In this document: positions 1-12,228 of the stretch, piece after piece | How positions within the stretch are numbered: position 1 is the first letter of the stretch | Layout of the letters: every line of letters starts with the position of its first letter | Assembly (NCBI GenBank): GCA_002189035.1 | Contig: NEEC01000007.1 | Location: 2,418,001-2,482,000 of the forward strand | Length of the DNA: 64,000 bases | Origin: Utricularia gibba | Taxonomy: Eukaryota > Plantae > Magnoliophyta | Direction: 5' to 3' | Program-made: the position numbers and the translations under genes | Notes under the pieces: generated by a model | Database searches by the model: none | What the model was told of the DNA's origin: nothing | Seen by the model: only the letters and a program-made list of their open reading frames with translations

Positions 1-2761
1 ATAATTCACAATGGTGCAGCAAGAAGAAACTGTAATTCACCAAGCCACGCATAGCCAGAGGACGCACACAGGCCCATAATTACCTCAATGGCCCATACCA
101 TAAAGGAAATGAAAGGGAATGCCAGCTCATATATGTCCGGCCCCAGACGGCCCATTTGTTGTTGGTAGAATTTAATTATTTTATATAAAAATATATTTAA
201 TAATATTTTATTATTATTATTATTATTATTTAATATCATGAATGATATATTTAAACCGGATGAAGTTTGGTTTAGAAGAAAAAAACTAACAAACTTAATT
301 CTCAAAGTCATTTATAAATATGATTATTAAAATAAAAAATTAATATTCATATATTTAATAAAATTGATTTTTATAAGTAAATAATATATTTATACATATT
401 TATAAATAATCCTATTTTATTTTTTATTTGAATAAAACATATTATATATATATATATATATATATCAATATTTATCAAATTCAAAATCAATGTTTAAAAA
501 AATAAGAATTGATTTTTATAATTTTTTATCAAATGAGTATAATATTAAATTTATTCATCAAAATTAATTCTTAAAAAAAATTATGTATGAGAAACTATAC
601 ATTCATTTTGTTCATAAAATTCAAGTAATTCTCAAAAATCAATTTTAATAAAAGAGAATTAAGTACATATTTAAAAAGTAGAATTAATTTTAGTAGAATA
701 GAATTGGTTTCCAACGATAGGTGAATTATAGCCCAATCAATCCGTGCTCTTCGAGCTAATTGTCTTCTGGAATTGGCGTTGCCCTAAAAATCTAATATGA
801 AGGAGAAACAAACACTGGGAACCGAGTGAGAGACAGGCCCAGGTAGCTGGTGTGTTGATGGGGAATGCATGAAAAAGGGGTGCGCCCTCAGTATTGTATT
901 GTAATTGAATTGAATTGGCGTCACGACCAGGCAGTGCTTTGTGAAGGGGCGCAGCGGATCGGGTAGAGCGCCCTTTTCATCCCCACACGCGTAGTTATGA
1001 TCCCTAGAATCGAAGGGGCTTCCTCCTTTTTTTATTTGGTGGAATCCGTTTCTGCTTACTGAATACTTGCCATGTTTCCTAACTCACATCAGCAGTCGCA
1101 TCTGTAATGAGGCAGGAAAGGAAACCAGATTCCTTGCATTTGGAGCACCGCATTCTCTTCTTGGAGAACAAGGCCTGAGGGTGAGGGTGAGGCTGACTTC
1201 GTCCTCCTCGAGCCATGGGGCGATTCTGTTGATGGCGAGCCAGTGATTAGGTCCATCTAACATCTTGACTCCACTGCGTAGTCAAATAAGTTGGCGTTGA
1301 ATCCCAGTGTGTTTGTTGTCTTCCAAGACCGAGAGCCAGAAGTCTGTGGCCCTCCGCAGCCGCAGGCAGACACAGCCACCCAGAGAGTTAATTCTGCTCA
1401 TACTTATGGAAGGGACTGCCAATCCAGTCTTAGAAAATTGGTTATGCATCATACATTATACGAAAAAAATAATTATCCTATGCATAATTTTTTTGACTGT
1501 GTGTATGATAGAAGTTGAAATGATCACTTTTTTAAATAATCCCTAAACTCTATTGTTTTAAGATTGTTTGCTAGCTTTGATTCTGTAGTATATGACTATC
1601 AATGAAATCATATTCCGTTATTTGAAAAAAAAATGTGAGGGATGAGATTTAAATATATCATATGTTATAAGATAATTTTACTATTTTTAATATTATATTA
1701 TGATAGTTTTACCTTTATGATTTTTTCACTTATTTTTGTTATCATTACTATTCGTTCAAACAATTATTTACCACACAAATTCTTCTCGATTTACTCAAAT
1801 AGAAAGATATTCCATGTGCATTTTAAAATTAAATAATTATTTCCACATGTAATTTCTAATAAAATTAAATCATGGGAATCATTTATTTCCACTCCAACCA
1901 AAGGACCTAATCTTATCCATGAAATTATGAGAAGTAAAGATGGCAGGTGACATGACCAAAATGGGAATTGCCTCTTTTCAGGGTTTATTATTAATTAACA
2001 TTTATTGACTCGTGTCCTATGTTTTGCATACGACAATGTAACAAATAAATACGTGCGTTGGTTGGAATAAATACAACAGCATTTTTAATATTTATTTATT
2101 TATTTATTATTATTATTTATTCATTTTTGCGTCTGCTGGCCCGAGAGCCGTCCGATGGAGTGTGTGGTGCGTGGGATCTCCGTGGGCCAGGGAGTCAGAG
2201 CCCAACTGGATCTCGGGCCCATCTGCATGAGACACCGCTACGCCAGCCATTCACGCCGCATCACTCGCGTAAAATTATTAAATTATTAGATAAATATTTA
2301 CTATTTAAAATTGAGTGATTTTCTAATAAAAAATTAAATCATAAACCTGTATAATTAGTGTTTGGTTCCAGGTATGATCCATTTCTCGATTGTCAATTTC
2401 TGTGGATTTGCAGGTTTCTAGCTAAAAGTGCATATCGTTATGAAGTGGTTCTAAATCATAGCTAAATTCATCAAGAAGATTTTTTTTTTTTTTTTCAAAA
2501 GCAAGAAATGTCAAGTCTGGTGCTGATTGCTCAGCATGGGAATGCTGATGATTGTGTGACGATTGGGTTCTTGATGAATCAAGAGAAGACATGTGATTTT
2601 ACTGCAGCAGCAGAAGAAGAGGCGTTGGTGAGCCAACCATTGAAATTTGACAAGATTTGTTTCTTCTTCCGTCGTTCCCTCCTCAGTGTTTCTTTTCTTC
2701 AACGGGATTCGTCGATGATTTTATCTGGGTGGGACTGGAAAATGTGGCAGTTTTGTTTTAA

Positions 2762-3981
2762 TCAGTGTGGGCTTCTAATGGCTACACGGAGTCTCATCGG
2801 TTGCTCTGAAACTCTCATCTTCTTGTAAAATGATGGGGTAATTGAACCGGACGACGAGATGGAGGAGGAAGTGGAGGGAATAGGTGCCGAAATGGCATCG
2901 CATTTACGCTTCCGGGCATACCATTTGTTCGATGAAATGTCTGAAATAAACCGGTAGCATTTCTTCACTTCTTCCTGTCGAGGGATGAACATTTATGATT
3001 TAAATTCTTTGGATTTACTGTTGAATGCGGAAAGAGTAAATGCGTTTGTGTGGCTGTGCCCACCGAAATAATGCCAAATGCATACCAACCTTGCTGGTTT
3101 GAAGCACAGACAGAAGCTGCTGGGCGTCTTGGTCAACTGTGGCTTTGCAGGGGTCAGCCTCATGCATGACCTGAAGCATTGTCGCGCTGGCTAGTACAGA
3201 CGGGGATATCTCCGGTATCTTGAATCTGATGGAGACATACATTTGTTATTGTGTCTTCCATGCGCTGATTTGAGGGACGAATTATAAAATTGATTTGATT
3301 ACTGACCTGAGAGGATAAACAGAAGGAGATTTTCACATTTTGTGCGGAATTCCCACTGGAGACTACTCTTGGAACCGGATCTTCTAGCTATATGATCAAT
3401 AAAAGATAATGGAGTCACAGGATTCATCCGCCATTTGAGAGATGAGAGCACCAGTAGCTCCATTCTTTGGATGGTTTTGGCTTCAAACACATACTTTGCA
3501 CCTTCCAATTGAAGATCCAAAAGCAGGGGAACATATGTTTCTTCAACTTTAGCAGCGATAGATAGACAAGCAACAGTCGTAAGCTGCATCATCCATGGCT
3601 GATCTCTTTGAAAACTGAAGGTGGAAAGGAATCTATCCAGATAATTGACCGCAAGAATAGCTGTCAAAGCTGAAAACCCGTAATGTGCATTCATTTTCAG
3701 AATCCATTCCACGGCTTCTTCCCTGGGGACGTGAGGGATCCAGTTTCTTCGATTTGGATGAACGTTTCCTTCTCCTTGTCGAAGAGGGTGTGAAGTTCTT
3801 CGTCATCCCAAGCGAAATCTTGCTCCAGCAAAGCAGATTGTGAGGTAAAAATCCCATCTTTTTGATGATAAGAACCCGAATGATTGACAGTGATTTCACT
3901 GTCTTCTTCCTGCTCTTCGTCGCAGTACAGGGAAAGATCACCAAACAGCGATTTATCTCCTAGCTGCTCAACAACCTCCAT
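2762..3981 (-). CDS. CYCD3: D-type cyclin (CYCD3 subgroup), 3 exons (3981-3307, 3225-3090, 2974-2762), with two apparent 1-bp frameshifts
   Basis: LxCxE Rb-binding motif (LYCDEE). Cyclin box EWILKMNAHYGFSALTAILAVNYLDRF...LETYVPLLLDLQ-like...TIQRMELLVLSSLKWRMNPVTP. GT-AG introns. Exons 1 and 2 are each one base short of splice-phase continuity; the losses map to G4 runs at 3725-3728 and 3202-3205. Confidence 0.93.
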
Positions 3982-6043
3982 TTTTCTTTGCAAACAAAGG
4001 CTTCTCCTGGTTGCTTCCACTTCCTCTGGATCATCTTTCAAGAAAAGAAGCAAAGGACAAAGTGAGGGGCATTGTTTTTTTTCTTTCTGCAGGACTCTCT
4101 CTTCTGCTTTCTGGGAATCGAGGTTGGAGACGGGGGAGATAAAAGAGATTGCGAGCCAAGGTATCACGCTTGTCTTTCTTTATGCTCTCAGCGCGAGAGG
4201 CTACTCAACTCATTGATGGTAGGAATTGAATTTTTGCTACTTTCTTGAAATAAACAACGCAGCGATACTATTTAAAGAAAGCATTGCTGCCCTGCTGCGC
4301 TTGGGCACCCATTTGCAGCCGCGCATCTCAAGAGAAGACAGGCAGCTAAGTTCAAATCTCTTTTTTCTTCATGCCCGCTTTTGTATTGTCAATGTAGAAT
4401 TTTAAAATCTGATTCTACTTTAACCCAAACAAATTTTCAAAATTTGAATCCATGTCTTTTACTGGTTATGAACCACCCAAATTAATTTTATCAAAAATAA
4501 TAGTAGTAATAATAATATTATTATTATTTTGTCAATATTACATTTCATTTGTCTTGGTATATTTTTAAGTTCCGACCAAAATTCATCCTTGGTTCAACCG
4601 ATTTAAAATCATGACTAAAATCCCATTTTTTTATTTCAAAAGTTTAAATAAAAAACTGTAGGTATGTGTATTGAAGGCAGCATTCTGCACTTCATTTAAT
4701 TTTGCCTATAAAAATAACTAATATCCTGCTTTCCCTTCTCCGATTCCATGCAGGTTCACATGGTATCTGTAGGATACCACGCCTCTTCCCTTCATGGAAA
4801 CACCAACCAGGCCCCAGCACCCCTTCAATGGTACCAGACCTTACCTTCTTCTCATAAATCATCTTTGCTGCGGGGGAGTTGTCCTTGGGCTTTTTAAATT
4901 CTAGGTTTCATATCCTCTTAAGTGTGCGGCCGTCGCGTGGAGAATTAAGAAAGTGTCCATGCAACACGCACAGAATACCTCATATCAAGTGCTTATAGCT
5001 AGAGATGAATGCAAAATGATTATTTGTAATCTTGTGGTCTATATCTACTGATGCTCTAAAGAGTGGTATGCCTTTCTATTCTTTTTGCGCGAAAACGCGA
5101 GCCATTTGTTTCTTTGGAGCAACATTTGTTGATGGTGAAACATGAAGCATTGCTCCAAATTGGTGATGATGCTGCTAAACATCTCTTTTGTTTTTATTGC
5201 TCTTCTGATTGGTAGCCTCCATGTTGGAAACGCATTGCTCGGTATCCTTCATTGCCTGTGTTTTCATCTGCACAGGTACGTCAACACTAGAAAAGGGAAG
5301 AAGCAGATAATGCAAACATGGGGATGAAGATGGAGCAAGCTAGAATAGTCGTCGCAGCAGGAGGCGGATTCCATCGGACAGGAGAAGTGGTCATCAGGGG
5401 GCTTACCTGTGCCATTCTCTGTCACACATCCAACAACTAAAACACAACTCGGTGCCACATATGCGGACCAGTAAGGACACCCTGAGTTCAGACAAACATT
5501 ATCCTCAAGAAGATGCCATCAATCGGATGTAGAACTGAGTAAGAAGAGGATTATGGTACTGACTCATAATGCTGGAAAGCTCCACCTTCAGAGCCCAGTC
5601 ACAGCAACAATCAACAAATGGACAACAAGATACAAGCCCATGATTGTCAGAGGCTTGATTACATGAGCCTGGTACCCACTCTTCTACTATTGTTCATGAT
5701 GCCGTGCTCAATCCATAAGTCTACAATGAACACTGAAATTATGGCATCAAGGACACTAATTTCTTACAGTCCCCTTGTATCAAAAACGCTGATTTCAGTG
5801 TAATGGAGGAATCATAGAAGACAAAAAGTGCAACCCATTTACCCACAAGATTTCGGATTCCGACAGTCAGAGTACGAGGAAACAAACATATTTAAGAAAT
5901 TTCAACAGTCATTTAAAACACTCATCTTACTTGTCCTCTTTTCACGTTTTATATGAAATTTGCTAGTCTTTTTGAATAATGCCTGATAAATATATTTTAA
6001 TTTAATAACTTCAAAATAACAGGTTTATCATTTTTCTTTTTTT

Positions 6044-7444
6044 TCAGCGATTGCTGATTTCACGAATGAAGTCACTCAAGGCGTTGTGGGAAGATCCCCC
6101 TTCTTCCACGGCCACTCTCGCCGCCGCCTTGTAATATTTCACCCTTTTTCTTATCTCCTGGGCGGTGTCGCCAACGAAAACGCTTTCAAGAGCCGCAGTA
6201 ATCGCCTCCGCTGCCACCCCTTCGATGTCCCTCGACCACTTCTTGCTCCCCACAGAAACCCCAATCTTCAGAACATCGACTAGCAGCTTCTCGTTGTAGA
6301 ATTGCTCCGCCGCAACGGGCCATGTGATCATCGGGACTCCGGCGGTGATTCCTTCCAGAGTGGAATTCCAACCACAATGAGTCACGAAAGCACCCACCGA
6401 AGGATGATTCAGAATCGACACCTGGGGCGCCCAGCCTCGGATAATCAGCCCCTTTTCGCGGCTCCTTTCTTCAAATCCTTCGGGCAATAGATCAGCATCT
6501 TGCTCGTCCTTAGATTTCCGAATTACCCATATGAAATTTTGGCCTGAACATTCGATCCCTTTGGCCATTTCTTGAAGCTGGGACTGAGTGAAGCTCGCCA
6601 TGCTTCCGAAACAGATGTAGACGACAGAGCCTTGCGGCTTTGAATCCAACCACTTTATGCAATCGTTTGCGTTTATAGAGAGGGCTTTTCCCCTGACTGC
6701 ATCCTTGTCGTGCAGAAGCAGCGGCCCTATTGCCCATGATTTTCTTCCTAAAACGTTCTTGAAGTGATCCGCATACGCGGATTCCAATTCGTAGAAGCTG
6801 TTCACTAGAAAACCGTAGCTTCTCTCATCTGCTTCATTCATCTGCTGCCTTTTCTTACCGAAGCCGCCGCCTTTCTCCGGATCTAGTACGAATGATGCTA
6901 CTTGTGTTCTAACGAAGCTGAACTCATGCGGTAGATGAGGCAACAGAAACTTCTCTGTATCAGAAGAAACTCCCTGAAAAGGCTTGTAAACAGACATATT
7001 TTCTGCGCAACAGCTGCCTATGTAGCTGGATCCCGAGAATCCAATTCTCGGGATACCGAATTTGGCTGCAGAATCAACAGTCCAGGGCAAGAACATGTCG
7101 GTAACCACACATCCAGGCATCAATTCTCGCAGCAACGTCTCGAATGGCGCCTGCAACAGCTCCAGTGCTTGGAAAAACAGGGGAAGCGATTCAAAGGTGA
7201 CTTGGTCCATGCTGACAATGCTCTCTGGAAGGGATGATCCTTGTGGCGGGAACTGCAGGAGCTTCAAGTTCACATCGTGTCCAGACTCTTGTACTCTTCG
7301 TATCGTGTCTGAGAACGCCGGTATGGTTACTACAGTGGCTTTCACTCCTCTTGAAACGAAGAGCTTCACCATGTCGATACAGGGGATGATGTGGCCCTGA
7401 GCCAACATCGGAAAAAAGAGGACATGAAGCTGCTGCTCTTTCAT
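6044..7444 (-). CDS. UGT73: UDP-glycosyltransferase, UGT73-like, intronless, 466 aa
   Basis: N-terminal LHVLFFPMLAQGHIIP (catalytic His) and complete PSPG box WAPQVSILNHPSVGAFVTHCGWNSTLEGITAGVPMITWPVAAEQ. TATA-like element (ctataaag on minus strand) at about 7500-7507. Confidence 0.95.
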   Translation of the reverse strand: MKEQQLHVLFFPMLAQGHIIPCIDMVKLFVSRGVKATVVTIPAFSDTIRRVQESGHDVNLKLLQFPPQGSSLPESIVSMDQVTFESLPLFFQALELLQAPFETLLRELMPGCVVTDMFLPWTVDSAAKFGIPRIGFSGSSYIGSCCAENMSVYKPFQGVSSDTEKFLLPHLPHEFSFVRTQVASFVLDPEKGGGFGKKRQQMNEADERSYGFLVNSFYELESAYADHFKNVLGRKSWAIGPLLLHDKDAVRGKALSINANDCIKWLDSKPQGSVVYICFGSMASFTQSQLQEMAKGIECSGQNFIWVIRKSKDEQDADLLPEGFEERSREKGLIIRGWAPQVSILNHPSVGAFVTHCGWNSTLEGITAGVPMITWPVAAEQFYNEKLLVDVLKIGVSVGSKKWSRDIEGVAAEAITAALESVFVGDTAQEIRKRVKYYKAAARVAVEEGGSSHNALSDFIREISNR

Positions 7445-8667
7445 TCTTCAAGTGAAGCACAGATCTACGCCGGATGCAAACAAACTTCAGCGCCTCTCTA
7501 CTTTATAGCAGAAGCCCAGGAACCAGAAGATTTGCTGGCGTAAACGCTTAGCTCAGCAGGGGCTCCCCGTGTCACTGAAAGACAAGAAGACAGAGGATCC
7601 TCGATGGTTACTTATTGCGTCATTCATTCAAACACGGAAGAATCGGCAGTCTCGGATTTTGCCTATTCCTCTTCCCCACCGTTTTCTAACATTTATTTGG
7701 ATTGGTATCCAAGTTTTCTTCTAGAAGAAACAAATGCACTAAAAAAAAAAAGCAGCAAGTTGTTTCTTTCTTCTTCTTTTTTTAAAAGGATCTTTTAACA
7801 GCACTACGTCTATAGGATCGTGCGTATAACACATGCATTCTTAACCAGGTTTTTTTAACCAATGTTCGAATTTTGTATTTCAGATTTACTTGAAAAATGA
7901 TCAAAATTTGAAAATATTTTATTTTGAAAAAAAATCTGAAATACGAAATTTCAGACAATTTCATCGAAATTTGAAATATTGATTTTAATGACAAATACAC
8001 AGAATAAATAATATGGTATCAATTTGGTTTAATCTATTGAACGATGGGTACTAGACCGGAGACGTATCCACTATTTTAATAAAATTATTACGAATAGTTA
8101 CTGATATCTAATAAAAATGACATATTTAACCCCGTATTGGTATATTTAATTTACAAATTTTGACTTATGGGTATATTTAATCTTCAACTTTTGACAAATC
8201 AATCATATTTTGTTTTCCTGTTTTCTTAAATCATTTTTATGATCACTGTTTAAATATCAATAATAATTGGTTTTTAGTATTTAAAAAACGACATTGTATC
8301 GAAATTTAAAATTTTGATTTTCATTAAAAATACACAGCAAAAGTGATATGGTATTAATTTCGTTTAATCTATAGAATGATTTTAATATATATATATATAT
8401 ATTAAAATTTTATCTTCAAATAAGGTATTTTTAATTGAATTTAATTTCGGAATATGAAAAAATCGATGATAAAAAAACACAAATTATTGTAATTTTGTCA
8501 ATATATTTAAATTAATTTATTTATTTGAAATGTGATAGGGCAGTTAGGGTTGCCGTTGAATTAACATCTTTCTCAGGGTGTTGAATTACGCGCAGCGGAG
8601 GCGGAGGCGGAGGAGAAAACGGAATGTGCTGAATTTTGAATAACACCAAGAATTTGGTTCCAGGAGA

Positions 8668-10079
8668 TTAGGGGTTTGGGGGACAGAGGGTCTTCATTTC
8701 TTGAATGAAGTTACTCAGGCCATGGTAAGAGCTTCCGCCTTCTGCCACGGCGGCTCTCGCCGCATTCTGGTAATGTCTCACCGCCTTTCGCATCTCCGCC
8801 GCCGCGGGCCCAACCAGGACGCTTCGCACCGCAGCGGTGATTGCCTCCGCAGCGACGCCTTCGCACTCTCTCGACCATTTCTTGTTCCCCACAGAAACAC
8901 CCACCTTCAGAACATCCACCAGCAGCTTCTCGTTGTAGAATTGCTCCGCAAAAACGGGCCATGTCACCATCGGAACTCCGGCTGTGATTCCTTCCAGCGT
9001 TGAATTCCATCCGCAGTGGGTTACGAAGGCTCCCACTGAAGGATGATTCAGAATCAACACCTGAGGCGCCCAGCCTCTTATGATAAGCCCTTTTTCGGAG
9101 TTCCTTTCCTCGAATCCTCCCGGCAACAGGTCCTCATCTTGCTCTGTCTTCGATTTTCGCACTACCCAGATGAAATTTTGCCCTGAATTTTCGAGCCCAG
9201 TTGCCATTTCATGAAGTTGAGCCTTAGTGACGCTCGCCAGACTCCCGAAACAGACATAGACGACAGAGTTCTGTGGCTTTGAATCCAACCAGTTTAAGCA
9301 CTCCTTTTCAGCTATAGCAGAGGCCATTCCCCTGTTTGCTTTAGAGTCATTCTTGTTACACAAAAGCAACGGCCCGATTGCCCACGTTTTCCTTCCCAGA
9401 ACATTCTTAGAGTGCTCAGCATACGCTGATTCCAACTCATAGAAGCTGTTCACTAAAAATCCGTAGCTTCTCTCATCAGCCTCCCTCATCTGCTGCCTTC
9501 TTCGGGTGAACGAATCCTTGTCCTCCGTTTCTTGCTTCACGAATGGCGGCACTTGTGTTCTAACGAACCTGAACTCATGCGGTAGATGGGGCAGCACAAA
9601 CGTCTCTGTATCTGAAGAAACACTCTGAAACGGCTTGTAATCAGACATGTGTTCTCCACAACACAGACCTATGTAGCTTGATCCCGAGAACCCGATTCTC
9701 GGGATCCCGAATTTGGCACCAGAATCAACTGTCCAGGGCATGAACATGTCTGAAAGAATGCAATCCGGCTTCAATTCCTCCAAAAACTCCTCAAACTGCC
9801 CCTGCATCAGCTCCAATGCTTCGAAAATCAGATGGCGCATATCATCTTTCACCTGATCAGGGTTCACGACGTTCTTCGGCAAAGAAGAACCCTTCGGTGG
9901 AAAATCTAGGATTTTCAGTCCCAGATCGCCCTCCGATTCTTGAGCTTTCCTAATCGGCTCCGAGAAAGCTTCTGTGGTAACTACCGTTGCTTTTACACCT
10001 CTCGAGATGAAGAGCCCGGCCATTTCAAGACATGGGATCATGTGGCCATGAGCCAACATGGGAACAAAGACAATGTGAA

Positions 10080-10112
<33 letters not shown>

Positions 10113-10113
10113 T
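8668..10113 (-). CDS. UGT73: UDP-glycosyltransferase, UGT73-like tandem paralogue, about 481 aa, N-terminal poly-Q
   Basis: Likely start MEQQQQQQQQQLHIVFVPMLAHGHMIP at 10113, with a TATA (ctataaaa on minus strand) near 10175-10182. The in-frame extension to 10341 is probably not translated. Full PSPG box; highly similar to 6044-7444. Confidence 0.95.
10081..10107 (-). repeat. (CAG)9 microsatellite encoding poly-glutamine
   Basis: ctg x9 on the plus strand, immediately after the second codon of the UGT. Confidence 0.95.
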
Positions 10114-11658
10114 TTTGCCGAGAGAGAGAGGCATCCAGGGTTCTGGGAAGCTTTGAGTTTCAGCGTTCACAGATTTTATAGCAGGGGATGACAGTGGGAT
10201 TAGAACCGACTGCCAGTTCATGAATGCAACATCAATTCGAGAGTGGAAGAATCTGGGGCTAGACAGATCTATAGGCAACCATTTTGACTTACTTGTACAA
10301 AGCTTTGCCATCCTAAGCAGTGACCTCATCATGTATTTCAAATGCCCACGTCACTCATCCCAGCAGTTGACTTTTTATCTGAATTAATTGATATTTATAA
10401 ATAGAATGGAATTTAGTTTACAAGATTTGAACTTTGTATCTTTGGAAATTATTTCAACAGAAATTTGAAAACTTAACTATAAAGAAAGTCTTTTTTGTAA
10501 TGATATTCGATTTTATCACCAAATTTGATATTTATGATAATTCAAACATTCAATAAACAATAATATCTATATTTTCCTATTTTGTATGTAAAATAACAAT
10601 TATGCATGCACCATAATGGAATCTTCACTTCATCCCACGCACTCTCATTTATAGCCACACAAAAAAAACTCAATGATTCTGATTTAATATTTTAAATTGG
10701 GATGAAATTTCAATTTTTTATTTTTTTTGAAAACTAAATATTTCTAAAATTTCTTTGAAATTTGATCAAAATTCGATTTTTAGATCAATTCAAAATCAGA
10801 AAATTGGTTCAAATTTTTCGTTTCCCATTTAGTGGAATAAGGGGGTATTAAAAAACAAATGAGTTGTAGGGTCTGGGCTTGCGGCCTTGTCTTGGGCTTT
10901 TTCATGTAAAATTGTATATATATGTGTATACCCTTCTTGCTTGACTTTGAACTATACAAGGAAGAAAACTCAAATACATTGGTTGATATTAGATTATTAG
11001 TATGTTTAATTATAGTATAATTGAATACGTATATAGATATAACTAACCCTACTTTATTTATGTATACCACTCTCATATCATATATGGTATGTAATTGATA
11101 TAATCATACAAAATTGACATATATATACTAATTAATCAAACAAAGATACATGTATAAATTGGAGTACACATATACTATATCATACAAAATAGAATGCACA
11201 ATTGTGCTATGCGTCCGACATGACAACTTGCATGTGGAGTGGTAATGCTTGTAGACATGGAAGATGATGAGAAGAAGCTTTTAGTCATGTCATAACATGC
11301 GTAACAATTCGGAATTCCTCCCACGTCTCATCGTGCGGTGGACTGTAAGAGTAAGAGTGGGTAGGTGAGGTGAATGAAGGAAGCGAACCCACACGAGCGG
11401 GCTTGTAGGCCCCCGGAAGTCAAAAAGCACGCACGCATGCCGTCGTCGCGGTTGCAGCCCACCATGTGGCGTGGATAAGCCCCTTCACTGTCTGTCCTGT
11501 CCTTGGCTTCACCCACATCTTCTTCTCCATTTTTTCTTTGACAAGAAGGTCATAATAATGACGCGCATGTGCGCCTCTGCGTTTCCCATTCAACTACACC
11601 ATGGCCTCGTCATGGAATGCAAACTCCGAAGGAGCCCCCCTAATTCTTCACATATTTG

Positions 11659-12228
11659 TGTTGAAATTGATGGATTGGACGAGGGTGCACGTGAAGTTCA
11701 AATACACAAGAAACGTAGATTATAATAGAAAAGATTAGATACAACCAATTAATAGTGATATGTAGTTTATTATATATTAAAATATTTCATTTTCGTTTTT
11801 TCGATGTGGGATTGTGTATTCTAACATCCGCCCTCAAGTTGAATTGGTCTTCAATCCGGTAATGACTTGTTTTTTTTTATCTAATTGTAGGTAGTACTCT
11901 TATCATAGATCGATCTAATTTTTTTATCATCTAACCTCAATTCATCTTCTTGTTTCTTTTTATTTTTCTTTTTTTTTCATGAGAACTGAGATCAGAACAA
12001 AACCCATCATGGTCATCCAAGCCATGCCGTGAGTCAAACATTCTGATACTATGTTGAAATTCAAGATCAGATGGGTCAGGCGAGCGTGCACGTGAATCCT
12101 AAGTACATAAGAAATGTGAATCACAATAAAAAAGATTAGGCCCAATTAATTACTAGTGATATATAATTTCATATATACTAGAGTATTTTAATTTCATTTT
12201 TACAATGTGTGATTATGTATTTCTAATG
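11659..12228 (-). mobile_element. Terminal-repeat retrotransposon in miniature (TRIM), decayed
   Basis: Two alignable direct repeats of about 170 bp (11659-11826, with TG...CA ends; 12052-~12228). On the minus strand the upstream LTR is followed by a PBS-like TAGTATCAGAA (cf. TGGTATCAGAGC, tRNA-iMet), and the downstream LTR is preceded by a PPT-like TTGAGGGCGGA. Internal region about 225 bp, non-coding. No clean TSD. Confidence 0.78.

Noticed and set aside
1853-2342. About 22-bp AT-rich direct repeat (tttctaataaaattaaatcat) 467 bp apart
   Set aside because: Low complexity; expected by chance in MITE-rich AT DNA.
2511-2702. 63-aa ORF in the CYCD3 3' region
   Set aside because: Lies in the probable 3' UTR after the real stop at 2762; no recognisable motif.
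10114-10341. 76-aa in-frame N-terminal extension of the second UGT
   Set aside because: A TATA box lies inside it (about 10180), and the paralogue starts at the equivalent of 10113.
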